Positions 25,368 through 37,439 of a DNA stretch of 64,000 bases are shown here, piece after piece (the first letter of the stretch is position 1; every line of letters starts with the position of its first letter). Source of the DNA: Malacoraja senta (Eukaryota); the NCBI GenBank assembly GCA_038087875.1, contig CM075995.1, positions 4,900,001 to 4,964,000 on the forward strand, in the 5' to 3' direction. Position numbers and translations under genes: made by a program. The notes beneath the pieces are model-generated. The model had not been told where the DNA came from. It saw nothing but the letters and a program-made list of their open reading frames with translations, and ran no database searches.

Positions 25368-25655
25368 CATCAATATTGATTTCTCCAACTTTCAACTGAC
25401 CCTTGCATTCCCTCTCTCTCCATCCGCCCCCACCCGTCGCACCAGCATCTCGTTCTCACTTTAACGCCGTCACTTTTTTGCATATCTTTCATACATTTGT
25501 TCTATATCTCTCTACAGCACCATCTATACCTCTCGTTTCCCTTTCCCCTGACTCTCCAGTCTGAAGAAGGGTCTCGACCCGAAACGTCACCTATTCCTTT
25601 TCTCCAGAGATGCTGTCTGAACCATTGAGTTACTCCAGCTTTTTGTGTCAATCTA
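25368..25655 (+). mobile_element. Penelope 3' end / pLTR with minimal hammerhead motif
   Basis: Starts with the PLE ORF end (atcaatattgatttctccaacttt). Contains ctgaaga-a-gggt-ctcg-accc-gaaa-cgtc at 25561-25588. Confidence 0.85.
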
Positions 25656-26618
25656 TGTTCTAAGATAATGTGCAGGATTTATTGTTAGTCCAGCTGTCAA
25701 CCTATTTTTGTTTCCATTTTGGGTGGAACCTGCCTCTAAAGATACAAACAGCTGATTATAGCAGCAAGAATGTGTACATGACTCATTAATGCCAAATGAT
25801 TTGGAGGCTTACAAAATGTCCAATGGGATATCTGGAGTATGTGGCGGATTGCCAGATGAAAGCAGGGAATGTGTACAAGAAAGGGAAAATATAATTGATA
25901 GGCCATGACAACTCTTCCACTGAGAATGTCTTTTTCATTTACTGATGCCATTTAACAAAGTCCTCCATGCAATATTAAACTTGCTCTGCTGTTATCATTT
26001 GATGTTTAAAGAAACCTGCAATAGATTTAATAGTGGTTGAAGGAAAGCAAAGAATTTCAGTTTGAGATGGAAAAAATGAAGCCTGCTCCAGTAAATTAGT
26101 GGCGCAGCTGGTGGAGCCGCTGCCTCACAGCACCAGAGACCCGGGGTTCGAACCTCACCTCGGGTGCTCTCTGTGTGGCGTTTGCACGTTGTCCCTGTGA
26201 CTTTCTCAAGGGTTTCCTCCGGGTGCTCCGGTTTCCTCTCACATTCCAAAGACGTTCATAAGTACATAAGTGATAGGAGTAGAACTCGGCCATTCGGCTC
26301 ATCGAGTCTACTCTGCTATTCCATCCTGGCTGATCTATCTCTCTCTCCTGCCTTCATCCCATAACCTCTGACACCTGTACTAATCAAGAATAGTAAGATT
26401 AAACGAGAACTTACCAGTTTGAAGTTTGATCTTTATTTTATGAGGAGTTACGTTGGTGATTACGTGAAGAAGACCCGTCAGGGCGCATGCGCGTCAATCT
26501 TCAAAGCAGCGGTATGAAATCACAGACAACACCATAATTGAAGTAACATATTAAGATGATCAACATGAGAACTACCATTATGACCTTTTTTCTATGAGAG
26601 AGGGTTGGGCGTGGCGGG

Positions 26619-26730
26619 CACGTAATCACCAACGTAACTCCTCATAAAATAAAGATCAAACTTCAAACTGGTAAGTTCTCGTTTAATCTTACTATTTTAC
26701 TTCGGAGTCACGTGAGTGACTACGTGAAGA
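26619..26730. repeat. DIRS internal complementary region (ICR)
   Basis: 26619-26696 is a perfect reverse complement of 26389-26466, and 26694-26730 is a perfect reverse complement of 30710-30746. Confidence 0.93.
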
Positions 26731-26942
26731 TTTTAAAGCTCTGTGATTTTTATGCCGCAGATCAAAATCCCGGCTTCTCACTGCATCGATTGACTCTGAG
26801 TATCATCAATAATGCTGTAAACATGACATTGTATATCATGCAAAAACAAAACAGTTTTATTTTTGGTCATACAACAACCAATAAACCCTCTTAATGTAGG
26901 GGCAACAAACAAAACAGAATTAAACAGTAATGAAAACAGACT

Positions 26943-27900
26943 TTAAACAATAGCAACAGCACTCAATATTGAGTTGGCAAACAGCCCTCCATCGGCAATC
27001 GGCCGATGGTAGTATTGCTGAAACACAAGTTCATTTTTCCAACTTGCGGCTTTTAATATATGGTCGATGGGAACGTCCATCGCCCTGGCCGCGGATGTTG
27101 CTACTGCGCTAGTGGAATGAGATGTAAACACATAAATGTTAATTCCTGCCTGAACCAACTCTTGCTTTAACCACCTTGAGATAGTCTGAACTGCCACTCT
27201 TTTATGTTGGCTTCTTGTAACTGACAAATAATCCTGTTTCTTGTCTTAAAGCCCTTGTGGCTTCAATGTAATGTAACAAATGTGTCCTTACACATAAACA
27301 TGGAGCTGTAGGATATGCTGAGAACACAATCTTAAATCCTGTCACACCTGGCCTGCTTTGTTTGAGCAGGTCATAAATATAAAACAGAACATTCTCTGTA
27401 TTCACTTCCATTCTATCTAACTGAAGTTTTTGCAAAGTCTGCACTCTCTGTACTGATACCAATGCCATTAGCATAGCCAATTTCATGGTTAATTTTAACA
27501 AAGTTATAGACGTGACAGGGACCCAATGACGAAGCATGTTAAGAACGCTTACATCGCAAATTACCATATACCTAGGCTTAGGCGGTTTGGAATTAAAGAT
27601 TCCTTTCATCAACCTAGATATGAGAGGGTGAGAACCTATACTTTGTGTCCGTGTACCTATTACAAGATATGCCGACAAAGCACTTCTAGCTGTATTGATA
27701 GCAGTATAGCTAAGACCCTCATCATAATAAAGTGTAGATAAAACTCTAGCACATTTTCAATAACTACAGTATCATATTGAATATTCTTTTGAACACCATA
27801 TTGTTCCCATTTTTTAATGTCATATACTGCTTTTGAGTACTCTTTCTCCAGGCTGCAGTGAGTATATCCACCGTTGGCCTAGAAAGTCCTCGACCAATGT
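26943..27900 (-). pseudogene. DIRS tyrosine recombinase, frameshifted
   Basis: ORFs 27202-27678 and 26943-27227 contain HPLISRLMKGIFNSKPPKPRY, LTMKLAMLMALVSVQRVQTL, KQSRPG, HSTSAVATS (HxxR Arg replaced by Ser) and ASW...FQQYY. Confidence 0.9.
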
Positions 27901-28019
27901 AAGGCATTCTTAAAAACCTGCAAATTAACAGATCAATACGATCACATAACGGATGAACTTAACGCGTTACTGGATGGTCCAGCAAATTCCTACTGTTTGG
28001 AATCAGCAAAAGGAGGTTG

Positions 28020-28330
28020 GATCGCTATCTGTAACATCAGAGGGAACCATGGTTGAATCGGGCAATTTGGTATCACGAAAACCCCTGAAGCGGCATCCTG
28101 CTTGATTTTCTCAAACACCGAGCTATGTGGCAGAATGGTGGGAAAATGTACACAAACATATCATCCCAATTTAGTGAAAAAGCATCAATTGCCCCTGCCC
28201 CTGGATCTGGTGCCCATGAAATATATTTTGGCCTTCCATATAGAAGTACTATATTCTTGAACACATCCTGGTTCAACATCCACTCTGTATTATCACGGAA
28301 TTTTCGTGAGCTGCCATCTGGTACTACATT
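28020..28330 (-). pseudogene. DIRS DNA N6-adenine methyltransferase-like domain, decayed
   Basis: YISWAPDPGAGAIDAFSLNWDDMFVYIFPPF, the DAF..W...Y.FPPF signature of the DIRS1 MT domain. Confidence 0.85.
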
Positions 28331-29300
28331 AAGTTTCCCTGGCAGATAGATAGCTCCAATCCAAATATCCATACTCCAGGTCCAATTTTATTTGCCAACC
28401 TGTCACATGATAACGATTTGATTCCACCTATGTGATTCATATAAGCAACTGCTGTAGTGTTGTCTATTTGGCACTGCACATGCAAACTAGTTTTGTTAGT
28501 GCCATAAGTCTTGAGTCCATAAAATACTCTTGGTTAATTACCCATGTTTGCAGAAGCAATGTCCATCTGTCTCCACAGCTGGATCTTGTATCAGTAGCAC
28601 CCCACCCAAGTGCTCTGACATCTGTCTGCAAAATCATGGAAGCTTGGTCCAATAACACTTTGGAACTACTAGTGGACACATGCTGAATCCACCATTGTAC
28701 ATCAGCAACAGCCTCTATTGATAGAAGCATAGGTCTATTATAATGACCCCAGTGTATCCTCAGTGCTTGTTCCTTTGACCTTTGTAATTGTAGATAATAA
28801 AGTGGCCACTATTGAACTGCTGGAAATGCTGCCAGCAATTTCCGCAGCAGACTCGTCACCTGGCTAATTGAAGGCTGTGTGTCAGCAATTAACTTGATAC
28901 AGCTCTTAATTAGCTCTACCCTTTTTTGCCTGGGCAAGGTCACAATCATGTTGATTAAGCCTATTGTGAACCCAACTAGTCAATTTGTGTCACAGGTATT
29001 AATTTAGATTTCTCTGGATAGCTTATGAAGTCCAATTTTTAAAAAGTGGTTTTTACCAACTGCCACTGATGCTTCAGCTGTTTCCTTTGATTGTCCTACA
29101 ATCAAGATATTAACTAGTTAAGCCATGAGCACCTGCCCTTGACTTCTCATCATGCCTAGAATAGGTTTTAACAACTTTGTAAATACTCTAGGAGCTGAAG
29201 ACAAACGATTAGGCAGTGCATTGTATTGCCATAATTGCCCCATCCAGCTGAATTTTAAATCTTCTCTCCTGCAAATGAACAGACACTGAATCCCATTAGA
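28330..29300 (-). pseudogene. DIRS reverse transcriptase / RNase H, inactivated
   Basis: LKFSWMGQLWQYNALPNRLSSAPRVFTKLLKPIL...LMA*LVNILIVG (YLDD motif destroyed at about 29109-29120). RNase H LQTDVRALGWGA and AIYLPGKLNVVPD..SR. The RT N-terminus appears deleted. Confidence 0.88.
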
Positions 29301-30068
29301 TCTGTCTACATGAGAACCAGACCCACTTACATCCTTACCACCTGGCATTCTTCCCCGCCCTTGAGCTGGATATCTCACCTTCCCTGGTGCTGCTACAGCC
29401 GAACGCCAACTGCGCTGCATCGTAGCTGGACTCGTCCCTTGCCCGGACCAGTCTCCTCGCTTATGGGGATACTTCCTCCAGCTCCTTCACCTGCTTTGCG
29501 AAATCCTCGCCAAACAGCTGTGCCGGTTGCACTATGCGAGGCTGGCAGAGTGAAGCATATTTAGGGTTGATGGTTGGTCTAAACGCAGTCTTGCGGAGGC
29601 AGTTGATCTCAAAGTGGGCACTCCACAATAGCGCCACACCTTTTGTTGTAATTTCGTCATGGCCTCTCCATCCACAATCCTAGCAAAGCTCGTTATGCCA
29701 GATGCCAGCAACTTTAAAAAATATGCTGGAGCTTCACCTCCTCCTGGGCTCTCATTTGTATGCCCATCTTGCCCCAAATCTTCCTGTTCCCAACAGGAAC
29801 TTTTAACAGGCCACAGTTGATTGTGGCTTCATGCTTCCTTACTGTCTCATCCATTGTCAGCTCCTGTAGCTGATGTGAGACTTGGTAATTTATGCTGGTG
29901 GCAAGTTCCTCACCCAGAGTCTCACCAGCGTCCGACGACATGGCAAACCGTGTTGCACACCGTGTCAGCTCTGGCTGCTGCATGCCCTCCCTTTGGAAGT
30001 CGTCGTCGGACTCAGGGTCAGAGCGCATCTGCCCTTCTGCACTCACCTCTTGCAAAGAGGGTGCTTTC

Positions 30069-30236
30069 AAGCAGGCCTCTCCTAGGCACTGCCGGCGGAG
30101 CCTTCCCGACGGCCTCCCGCCCACACAACTCCTCCTGGAGTGTGGCTTTGTGAAGCAGGCCTCTCCTAGGCACTGCCGGCGGAGCTGTCCCCACGGCCTC
30201 CCGCCTGCACAACTCCTCCTGGAGTGTGGCTTTGTG
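30069..30236. repeat. 84-bp tandem duplication within the DIRS gag-like region
   Basis: Units 30069-30152 and 30153-30236 both start aagcaggcctctcctaggcac; unit length is a multiple of 3. Confidence 0.9.
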
Positions 30237-32638
30237 GAGCAGTCCCTGTATGCGCTGCTCCTTTTGGATAACCGCTGGGGCACGGTATCCTGTCCCGGAC
30301 GGGACTCTCCTGGCCCAACTCTGCAGAGTCAATGGCCCTGACAGACTTGGCTTATGCCTACCGCCCGACTGGCGTTGGCTGTGTACCCGGCTGGGCACTT
30401 TGCCAAGTCTGTCGCCGCACCGCTACCGGCTTGCGACTCCCCAGAGGTGACAGGCTGCCTTTCAGAGACTGCGCTCCCGCAGCTCTCTCTCTCCTTGTCC
30501 GTAGCAGGCCTGCACCGTGATGATTTTTTACTTCTTCCTGCATTGTTGGGAAAAAATACAGCAACAAACTTCTACTTTTTTCAAACTCCTCCAAAGTCTC
30601 CCCGACTGTGGTGGAGCTGTAACTACTCACCTGCAGGAGGAGCTCCGTCTTCCTGCTGCCGGGCGCCAATGCGTCAGACGTAATGACGCGCATGCGCCTT
30701 GACGGGTCTTCTTCACGTAGTCACTCACGTGACTCCGAAGTAAAATCTATCAATCTCTATCTTAAAAATATCCATTGACTTGGCCACCACAGCCTTCTGC
30801 AGCAATCAATTCCACTGATTCACCGCCCTCTGACTAAAGAAATTCCTCCGTATCTCCTTCCTAAAGGAACGTCCTTTAATTCTGAGGCTATGTCATCTAG
30901 TGCTAGACTCTCCCACTAGTGGAAACATCCTCTCCACATCCATTCTATCCAGGCGTACGGGTTTATAGGTTAATTGGTCTCAGTAAATTGCCTCCAGCGT
31001 GTAGGGAGTGGATGGGAAAGTGGGATAACATAGAACTAGTGTGAACGAGTGATTGATGGTTGGAGTGGACTTGATGGGCCGAAGGGCCTGTTTCCCTGCT
31101 GTGTCACTAAACTAAACTAAATTCTGTGTTATGTCTGAGCGCTGAAAAAGGACAGAGCTTTTGTAAGTGTTCCAAAGGCAGGGAAGCACCTGAACTGTAG
31201 TGTGTTGGTGACCATAATGAGATGATATCAAGCCATCGACTTCGAATGTAGACACAAGGAGCTGCAAATGCTGGAATCTTGAACAAAACACCAAGTGCTG
31301 GAGGAACTCAGCGGGTCGGGCAGCATTTGAGAAGGGGATGGAGAGACGGCATTTTGGGTCAGACCCTTCTTCAGACTAAGAATGGACCTTGATATGTGGA
31401 CAAACTTATGATCACATTGCCAATGTGCACCAGAAAGGATCTTTCAAGGCTAGATCTGCTGTAAATTACTTTCAGAATTATTTACCTGGGATTGCAGAAT
31501 ACATCATTACTAGTCACACCAAAGGATGAAAAGTTATACTGTAGTGTGAGAGAGGGTAAAGTTATGGAAAGGTAAGGTTTAGAGGTATGTGTAGGAAAGA
31601 ACGAGTGGGAGAGTCTAGGACCAGTCGTAGACTCAGAATAAAAGGACGTTCATTTAGGAAGGAGATGAGGAGGAATTTCTTTAGTCAGAGGGTGGTGAAT
31701 CTATGGAATTAATTGCCATGGAAGGCTGTGGAGGCCAAGTCAATGGATATTTTTAAGGCAGAGATAGATAGATTCTTGATTAGTACGGGTGTCAGGGGTT
31801 ATGAGGAGAAGGCAAGTGAATGGAGTTGAGTGGGAGAGATAAATCAGCTATGCTTGAATGGTGGAGTAGACTGGATGGACCGAATGGCCTAATTCTGCTC
31901 CTATCACTTATGAACATATGAGAACTGCAGCTGCTGGTTTAAACCGAAGATAGACACAAAAAACAAGAGTAACTCAGCAGGTCAGGCAGCATCTCTGGAG
32001 AGAAGGAATAGGTGCCATTTCGGATCGAGACCCTTCTGCAGACTGGGAGTCATGGGAAAGGGAAACAAGAGATATAGAAGGTGATGTAGAGAGATATGGA
32101 ACAAATGAATATTTGGAGGTAAGTGAAAACACCAAATTGGCTGAAAATAAGAACATTAGATGCAGAGATTCCAAGTGTCAAATGAGAGCTAAAATGTTTT
32201 TTTTTAGATTCTGCTTTGAGTTTATTGATGCTGAGTATCAGAAGAGGAAATTACTTTACGTTCCTGTGGTGTAACTGCCCTTGAAACTGAGCACAGATTA
32301 GGTTTGTGGTTTAAATTGCTCCATGAATTTTGACCTGTGAACAGTGTGGTGTAAGTGTTCATTTGCGTAAATGCTCTCCTCATTGTTTGGGAGATCATTG
32401 GCACTGGCCTTCTGCAGCTCACTGCTCTTATCCTCTGCATGTCTGTTGCCCTTTTCTCCACTGCATTCTGTAAATCTAAGCATCTCTTGCAGAAGGGAGA
32501 CGGGGGAGAGTGTCGGTCATTTTAGCTGCAAGTTAGCCAGAGATCAATGGCGAACATCTATTTCTCGGGGGTAGTCAGGAAACACCATCTGAGTCACACA
32601 AGAGCCAACTCATGCACAATGCTTTATCCGAATCACTC

Positions 32639-32661
32639 ATATATATATATATATATATATA
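32639..32661. repeat. (AT)n microsatellite
   Basis: Seen directly. Confidence 0.9.
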
Positions 32662-32684
32662 CGTCAGGATATTTTTAGTCACAT

Positions 32685-33005
32685 AGTGGCACGTTGGTGC
32701 AGCTGGTAGAGCTGATGCCTCAAAGTGCCAGAAACCCGGATTTGATCTGACCTGGGGTGCCGTCTGGGCGGAGTTTACACGCTCTCCTTCTAACCATGTG
32801 GGTTTCCTCGTGGTTCTCCGGTTTCCTCCCACGTCCCAAAGACCTATGAGTTTGCAATTACTCGGCCTCTGTAAATTGCCCCTAGCGTGTACGGAGTGTA
32901 TGCAACAGTGGGATAACATAGGACTAGTGTGAACGGGTGATCGATGGTCGGCGTGGACTCGGTGGGCCGAAAGGCCTGCTCCCATGCTGTATCTCTAAAC
33001 TAAAC
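32685..33005 (+). mobile_element. HE1-like SINE (older subfamily)
   Basis: A/B boxes, V core and tail. Confidence 0.85.
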
Positions 33006-33302
33006 TCAACATGCTAACACAAACACTAAAGTTTAGTAATAGCCTGGCTGATGTTCCACTTGCTAATAGACAACAAACCAGTAAATGCTTCCTTATTTAA
33101 ATGCAGTCTTTGTATTTGACAGCATAATTTGCCAGAAATCACTTTTAAAGCCCTTGAGAAACAATTTATTTTAATCTATCCACCATTTTTGAAGTGTGGA
33201 TTGATAAAGTTTTCATTGTTTACTTTCCTTCTTTTAAACTTCCTTCTCTTGCTTTCTCACCAAGTTGCATTTAATTACTTTAACCTATATTAATAATGTT
33301 CA

Positions 33303-33450
33303 GGATGTGTAGGAAGGAACTGCAGATGCTGGTTTAAATCGAAGATAGACACAAAATGCTGGAGTAACTCAGCGGGTCAGGCATCATCTCTGGAGAGAAG
33401 GAATTGATGACGTTTCGGGTTGAGACCCTTCTTCAGACTGAACTTTTCTG
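33303..33450 (-). mobile_element. Solo Penelope pLTR with 14-bp TSD
   Basis: Flanked by attaataatgttca at 33289-33302 and 33451-33464; hammerhead core on the minus strand. Confidence 0.85.
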
Positions 33451-34479
33451 ATTAATAATGTTCAACTCCTCACCTTGGATATAATTGATGAATTTATGCA
33501 ATATATTTTTGTTTATAACTGGAACTATACCGTTCCTCTCCAGCACCAGTGTAACTTAAAAACACATCCAATCAAAAATGACGACCTTCTGATGGTCAGA
33601 AACGGTCTTTTAACCAGAGTAGGGGAAACAAGAACCAGAAGACACAGGGTTAAGGTGAGAGGGGTAAGATTTAATAGGAACCTGTGGCAACTTTTTCACA
33701 CAGTGTGTGTGGAACAAGCTGCCTGAGGAGGTAGTTGAGGCAGGGACTGCAGCAACATTTAAAAGACATTTGCACAGGTACATGGATTGGAAAGGTTTAG
33801 AGAGATAGAGGCCAATTACGGGCAGGTGGGATGTGCAGATGGGGCATCTTGGTTGGCAAGGGTAATTTGGGATGATGGGCCTGTTTCTGTGCTGCATGAC
33901 TCGATAACTAAATGTTGACTTCATTTATTTGTAGAAGAATGTTCTTGGCAGCATAGAACGATTGAGAAAACATAAAACTGAATGTATTGTTTACTTGAGC
34001 TTATATGAACTCATTCTCATAAACCTATTTTTTATCAGCCCGCAAATGTCAGGCACCACCACATATAACTAAGTCTGTGTCACATGTTTATCTGAATAAT
34101 TAATTGTCAGAATTAAAGAATGTTCTTTTAGAAAGGAGATGAGGAGACATTTATTTGGTCAGTGGGTGGTGAATCTGTGGAATTCTTTGCCACTGAAGGC
34201 TGTGGAGGCCAAGCCAGTGGATATTTTTTAGGCAGAGATAGATAGATTCTTGATTAGTATAGGTGTCAGCGTCATGGGGAGAATAATAATAATAATAATA
34301 ATGGGTTAGGAGGGAGAGATAGATCAGCCATGATTGAATGGCGGTGTAGACTTGATGGGCTGAATGACCTAATTGTACTCCTATCACTTATGACCAAAAT
34401 GAAATAATTTACAGTAGTAAACTCGCTGGATGTTAGGATCCCGAACCGAAACGTCACCCATCCTTTTTCTCCAGAAGGG

Positions 34480-34780
34480 GGGCCAAAATGGCACAGCGGT
34501 AGAGTTGCTGCCTTACAGCGCCGGAGACCCGGGTTCGATCCTGACTACGGGTGCTGCCTGTACAGAGTTTGTAGGTTCATCTGCGTGGGTTTTCTCCGGA
34601 TACGCTGGTTTCCTTCCACACTACAAAGACGTACAGGTTTGTAGGTTAATTAACTTAGTTAAAATTGTAAATTGTCCCCAGTGTGTGTGTAGGATAATGC
34701 TAGTGGGCGGGGATTGCTGGTCATCATGGACTCGGTGGGCCGAAGGGCCCGTTTCCGCGCTGTTTCTCTAAACAAAACTA
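34480..34780 (+). mobile_element. HE1-like SINE nested in a pLTR remnant
   Basis: The pLTR is split at ...ttctccaga| and |agatgctgcctgacc. Confidence 0.85.
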
Positions 34781-35527
34781 AGATGCTGCCTGACCTGCTG
34801 AGTTACTCCAGCACTGTCTATCTTTGGTATGAACCAGCATTTGCAGTTCTTTGTTTCTGTCCTAGGATCACCTACCTTACCTTCTCCTTGTGGGCGTGTT
34901 GAAGGCAAGAAACACTTGGCTTGCCACGTGAGACTGCCCTGCTCTAGATTGTACACGGCCATATGCGGTCTTGACTGAAGAATTTGATTTCTCTCCACTG
35001 CCTTTAAATTGACACATGATGAGAATGTCCATGAGTTATCATTTTGTAAATGCTGTTGGCATCTCCATTGAGTCATAGTGTCATAGAGTGATACAGTGTG
35101 GAAACAAGCCCTTCGGCCCTACTTGCCCACACCGGCCAGCATGTCCCAGCTACAAACCTGCCTGCGTTTGGTTCATATCCCTCCAAACTTGTCCTAGCCA
35201 TCTACCTGTCTAACTGTTTCAAAAAATGTTAGGATAGGCCCTGCCTCAACTACCTCCTCTGGCAGCTTGTTCCATACACCCACCATCCTTTGTGTGAAAA
35301 AGTTACTCCACAGATTCCTATTAAATCTTTTCCCCTTCACCTTGAACCAATGTCCTCTGGTCCTTGATTCCCCTACTCTGGGCAAGAGACTCTGTACATC
35401 TAATTGAGTTGTTTGATAAAATTGAACAGATCTTGTTGGTCTGGCCCAGGCTGGCGTTGGATCCCTGAGGGAACTGCAGCCACATTCATCATTCCCAGCC
35501 ACATGGATTCTACTAGCTGAGTTTGTG

Positions 35528-36238
35528 TTTAGTTTATTGTCACGTGTACCGAGGTACAGTGAAAACCTTTTGTCGCGTGCTAACCAGTCAGCAGAAGACA
35601 ATACATGATCACAATCGAGCCATCCACAGTGCACAGATACATGATAAAGAGAATAAGGTAAATAATGTTTATTGCAAGGTAAAGTCCGATCAAAGATAGT
35701 CCGAGGGTCTCCAATGAGGTAGATGGTAGCTCAGGACTGCTCTCTAGTTGTTGGTAGGATGGTTCTGGAGGTGTTGGGATCATATCTGTCAGACAAAGCT
35801 CAGAGTGCTGTGAATCATTTAAAAAATTGAAATGGCAGTCAAAAAATATAGAAATATATAACAAGGTCGAGTCGCACCTTGGCCACTCCCTCTTCTCCCT
35901 TTCCCATCAGGCAAAACGTATAGAAGTGTGAAAATGCACACCACCAGATTCAGGGACAGTTTCTTCCCAGCTGTTATCAGGCAACTGACCCATCCTACCA
36001 CAACTAGAGAGCAGCGCTGAACTACTATCTACCTCATTGATGACCCCCAGACTACCCTTGATTGAACTTTGCTGGCTTTACACTGCACTAAACGTTATTC
36101 CCTTATCATGTAAGGGAACACTGTAAATGGCTTGATTGGTCATGTATAGTCTTTCTGCTGACGGGTTAGCATGCAACAAAAGCTTTTCACTGTACCTCGG
36201 TACATGTGACAATACACAAAACTGAACTGAACTGAACA
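35528..36238. mobile_element. Two Rex/Babar-like 3' ends in inverted orientation (- 35528-35765; + 35866-36238)
   Basis: The tail tttattgtcacgtgtaccgaggtacagtgaaaa occurs on both strands; LPSGKTYRSVKMHTTRFRDSFFPAVIRQL on the + strand. Confidence 0.75.
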
Positions 36239-36251
36239 GAACATTTCCGTG

Positions 36252-36875
36252 TGGGCAGCACGGTGGTGCAGCGGTAGAGTTGCCGCGTTACAACGCCAGA
36301 AACCCGAGTTCGATCCTGACTACGGGTGCTATCTGTATGGAGTTTGGACGTACTCCCCATGACCTGCCTGAGTTTTCTCCGGGAGCTCCAGTTTCCTCCC
36401 ACACTCCAAAGCTGTACAGGTTTGTAGGCTAATTGGCTTGGTAAAAGTGTGAATTGTCCCTGGCGGGGATCGCTAGTCGGCCGAAGGGCCTGTTTCTGTG
36501 CTGTATCTCTAAACTAAAAACTAAACTGATACATTTTGAAAATGACCGAATTGGCAAAGTGCAAGTGTGGGACTGATGTCATCAAGGTCTTCATGCAAGT
36601 GGTAGTCAACACCGACCAGCGATCCCCGCACATTATCACTACCCTACACACACTAGGGACAATTCCACATGTACACCAAGCCAATTAACCTACAAACCTG
36701 TACGTCTTTGGAGTGTGGGAGGAAAACGAAGATCTCGGAGAAAACCCACGCAGGTCACGGGGAGAACGTACAAACTCCGTACAGAGAGCACCCTTAGTCA
36801 GGATTGAACCCGGGTCTCTGACGCTGTAAGCACTGTTAAGGCAGCAACTCCACCGCTGCGCCACCGTGCCACCCA
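36252..36875. mobile_element. Tail-to-tail HE1-like SINE pair (+ 36252-36527; - 36605-36875)
   Basis: SINE consensus on opposite strands, about 80 bp apart. Confidence 0.85.
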
Positions 36876-37439
36876 CTATCTATGTGGTCAGCAGAAAGAA
36901 TGAGGAAAGAGAGTACAGGTTACAAGATACAGTTGTGCAGATGTCCAGAATGTGCCTGTGTGTATGTGCATGTATGCACTTTAACACCAGCAGGACATGT
37001 TGAGAGAGCAGTTAATTCAGTAATTATTAAACTAAATACAGTATGAAACCATTTGAGACTTAAGGTCATAAGAGATAGGAGTAGAATTAGGCCATTCGGC
37101 CCATCAACTCTACTCCGCCATTCAATCATGGCTGATCTATCTCTCCCTCCTAACACCTGGCACTTCTCTTGCCTTCTCTCCGTATCCTCTGACACCTGGC
37201 ACTTCATAAATAAGAGAGAATACAAACAACAGAATCTTTATAAAACATTAGTTAAGGCCACAAACGAAAAAACAAAGTGTTGGATGATGTTTTAGGTGGG
37301 GATCTTTGAGACTGTTGTCATCTGTCCATTTCCCTCTCTAAAATTATATTATGCTAAATTTATTGTTATCTTTCCTCGTTCTTTCTACAAAAATGAATCG
37401 CATCGCAGTACTCTGCCTTCATTTGAAGGATTTTGTCAT

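Larger units (their letters stand above)
26389..30746 (-). mobile_element. DIRS1-like tyrosine-recombinase retrotransposon; ends intact, coding region decayed
   Basis: Minus-strand order gag-like, RT, RNase H, methyltransferase, YR. Short inverted terminal repeats 26461-26496 / 30684-30719 (35/36 match). Internal complementary region (ICR) at 26619-26730. AAT at both junctions. Confidence 0.95.

Noticed and set aside
28020..28372. Bacterial-type adenine methyltransferase next to an integrase, suggesting a prophage, HGT or a novel defence system
   Set aside because: MT and YR domains are standard parts of DIRS1-group retrotransposons, and the ITR/ICR structure confirms that identity.
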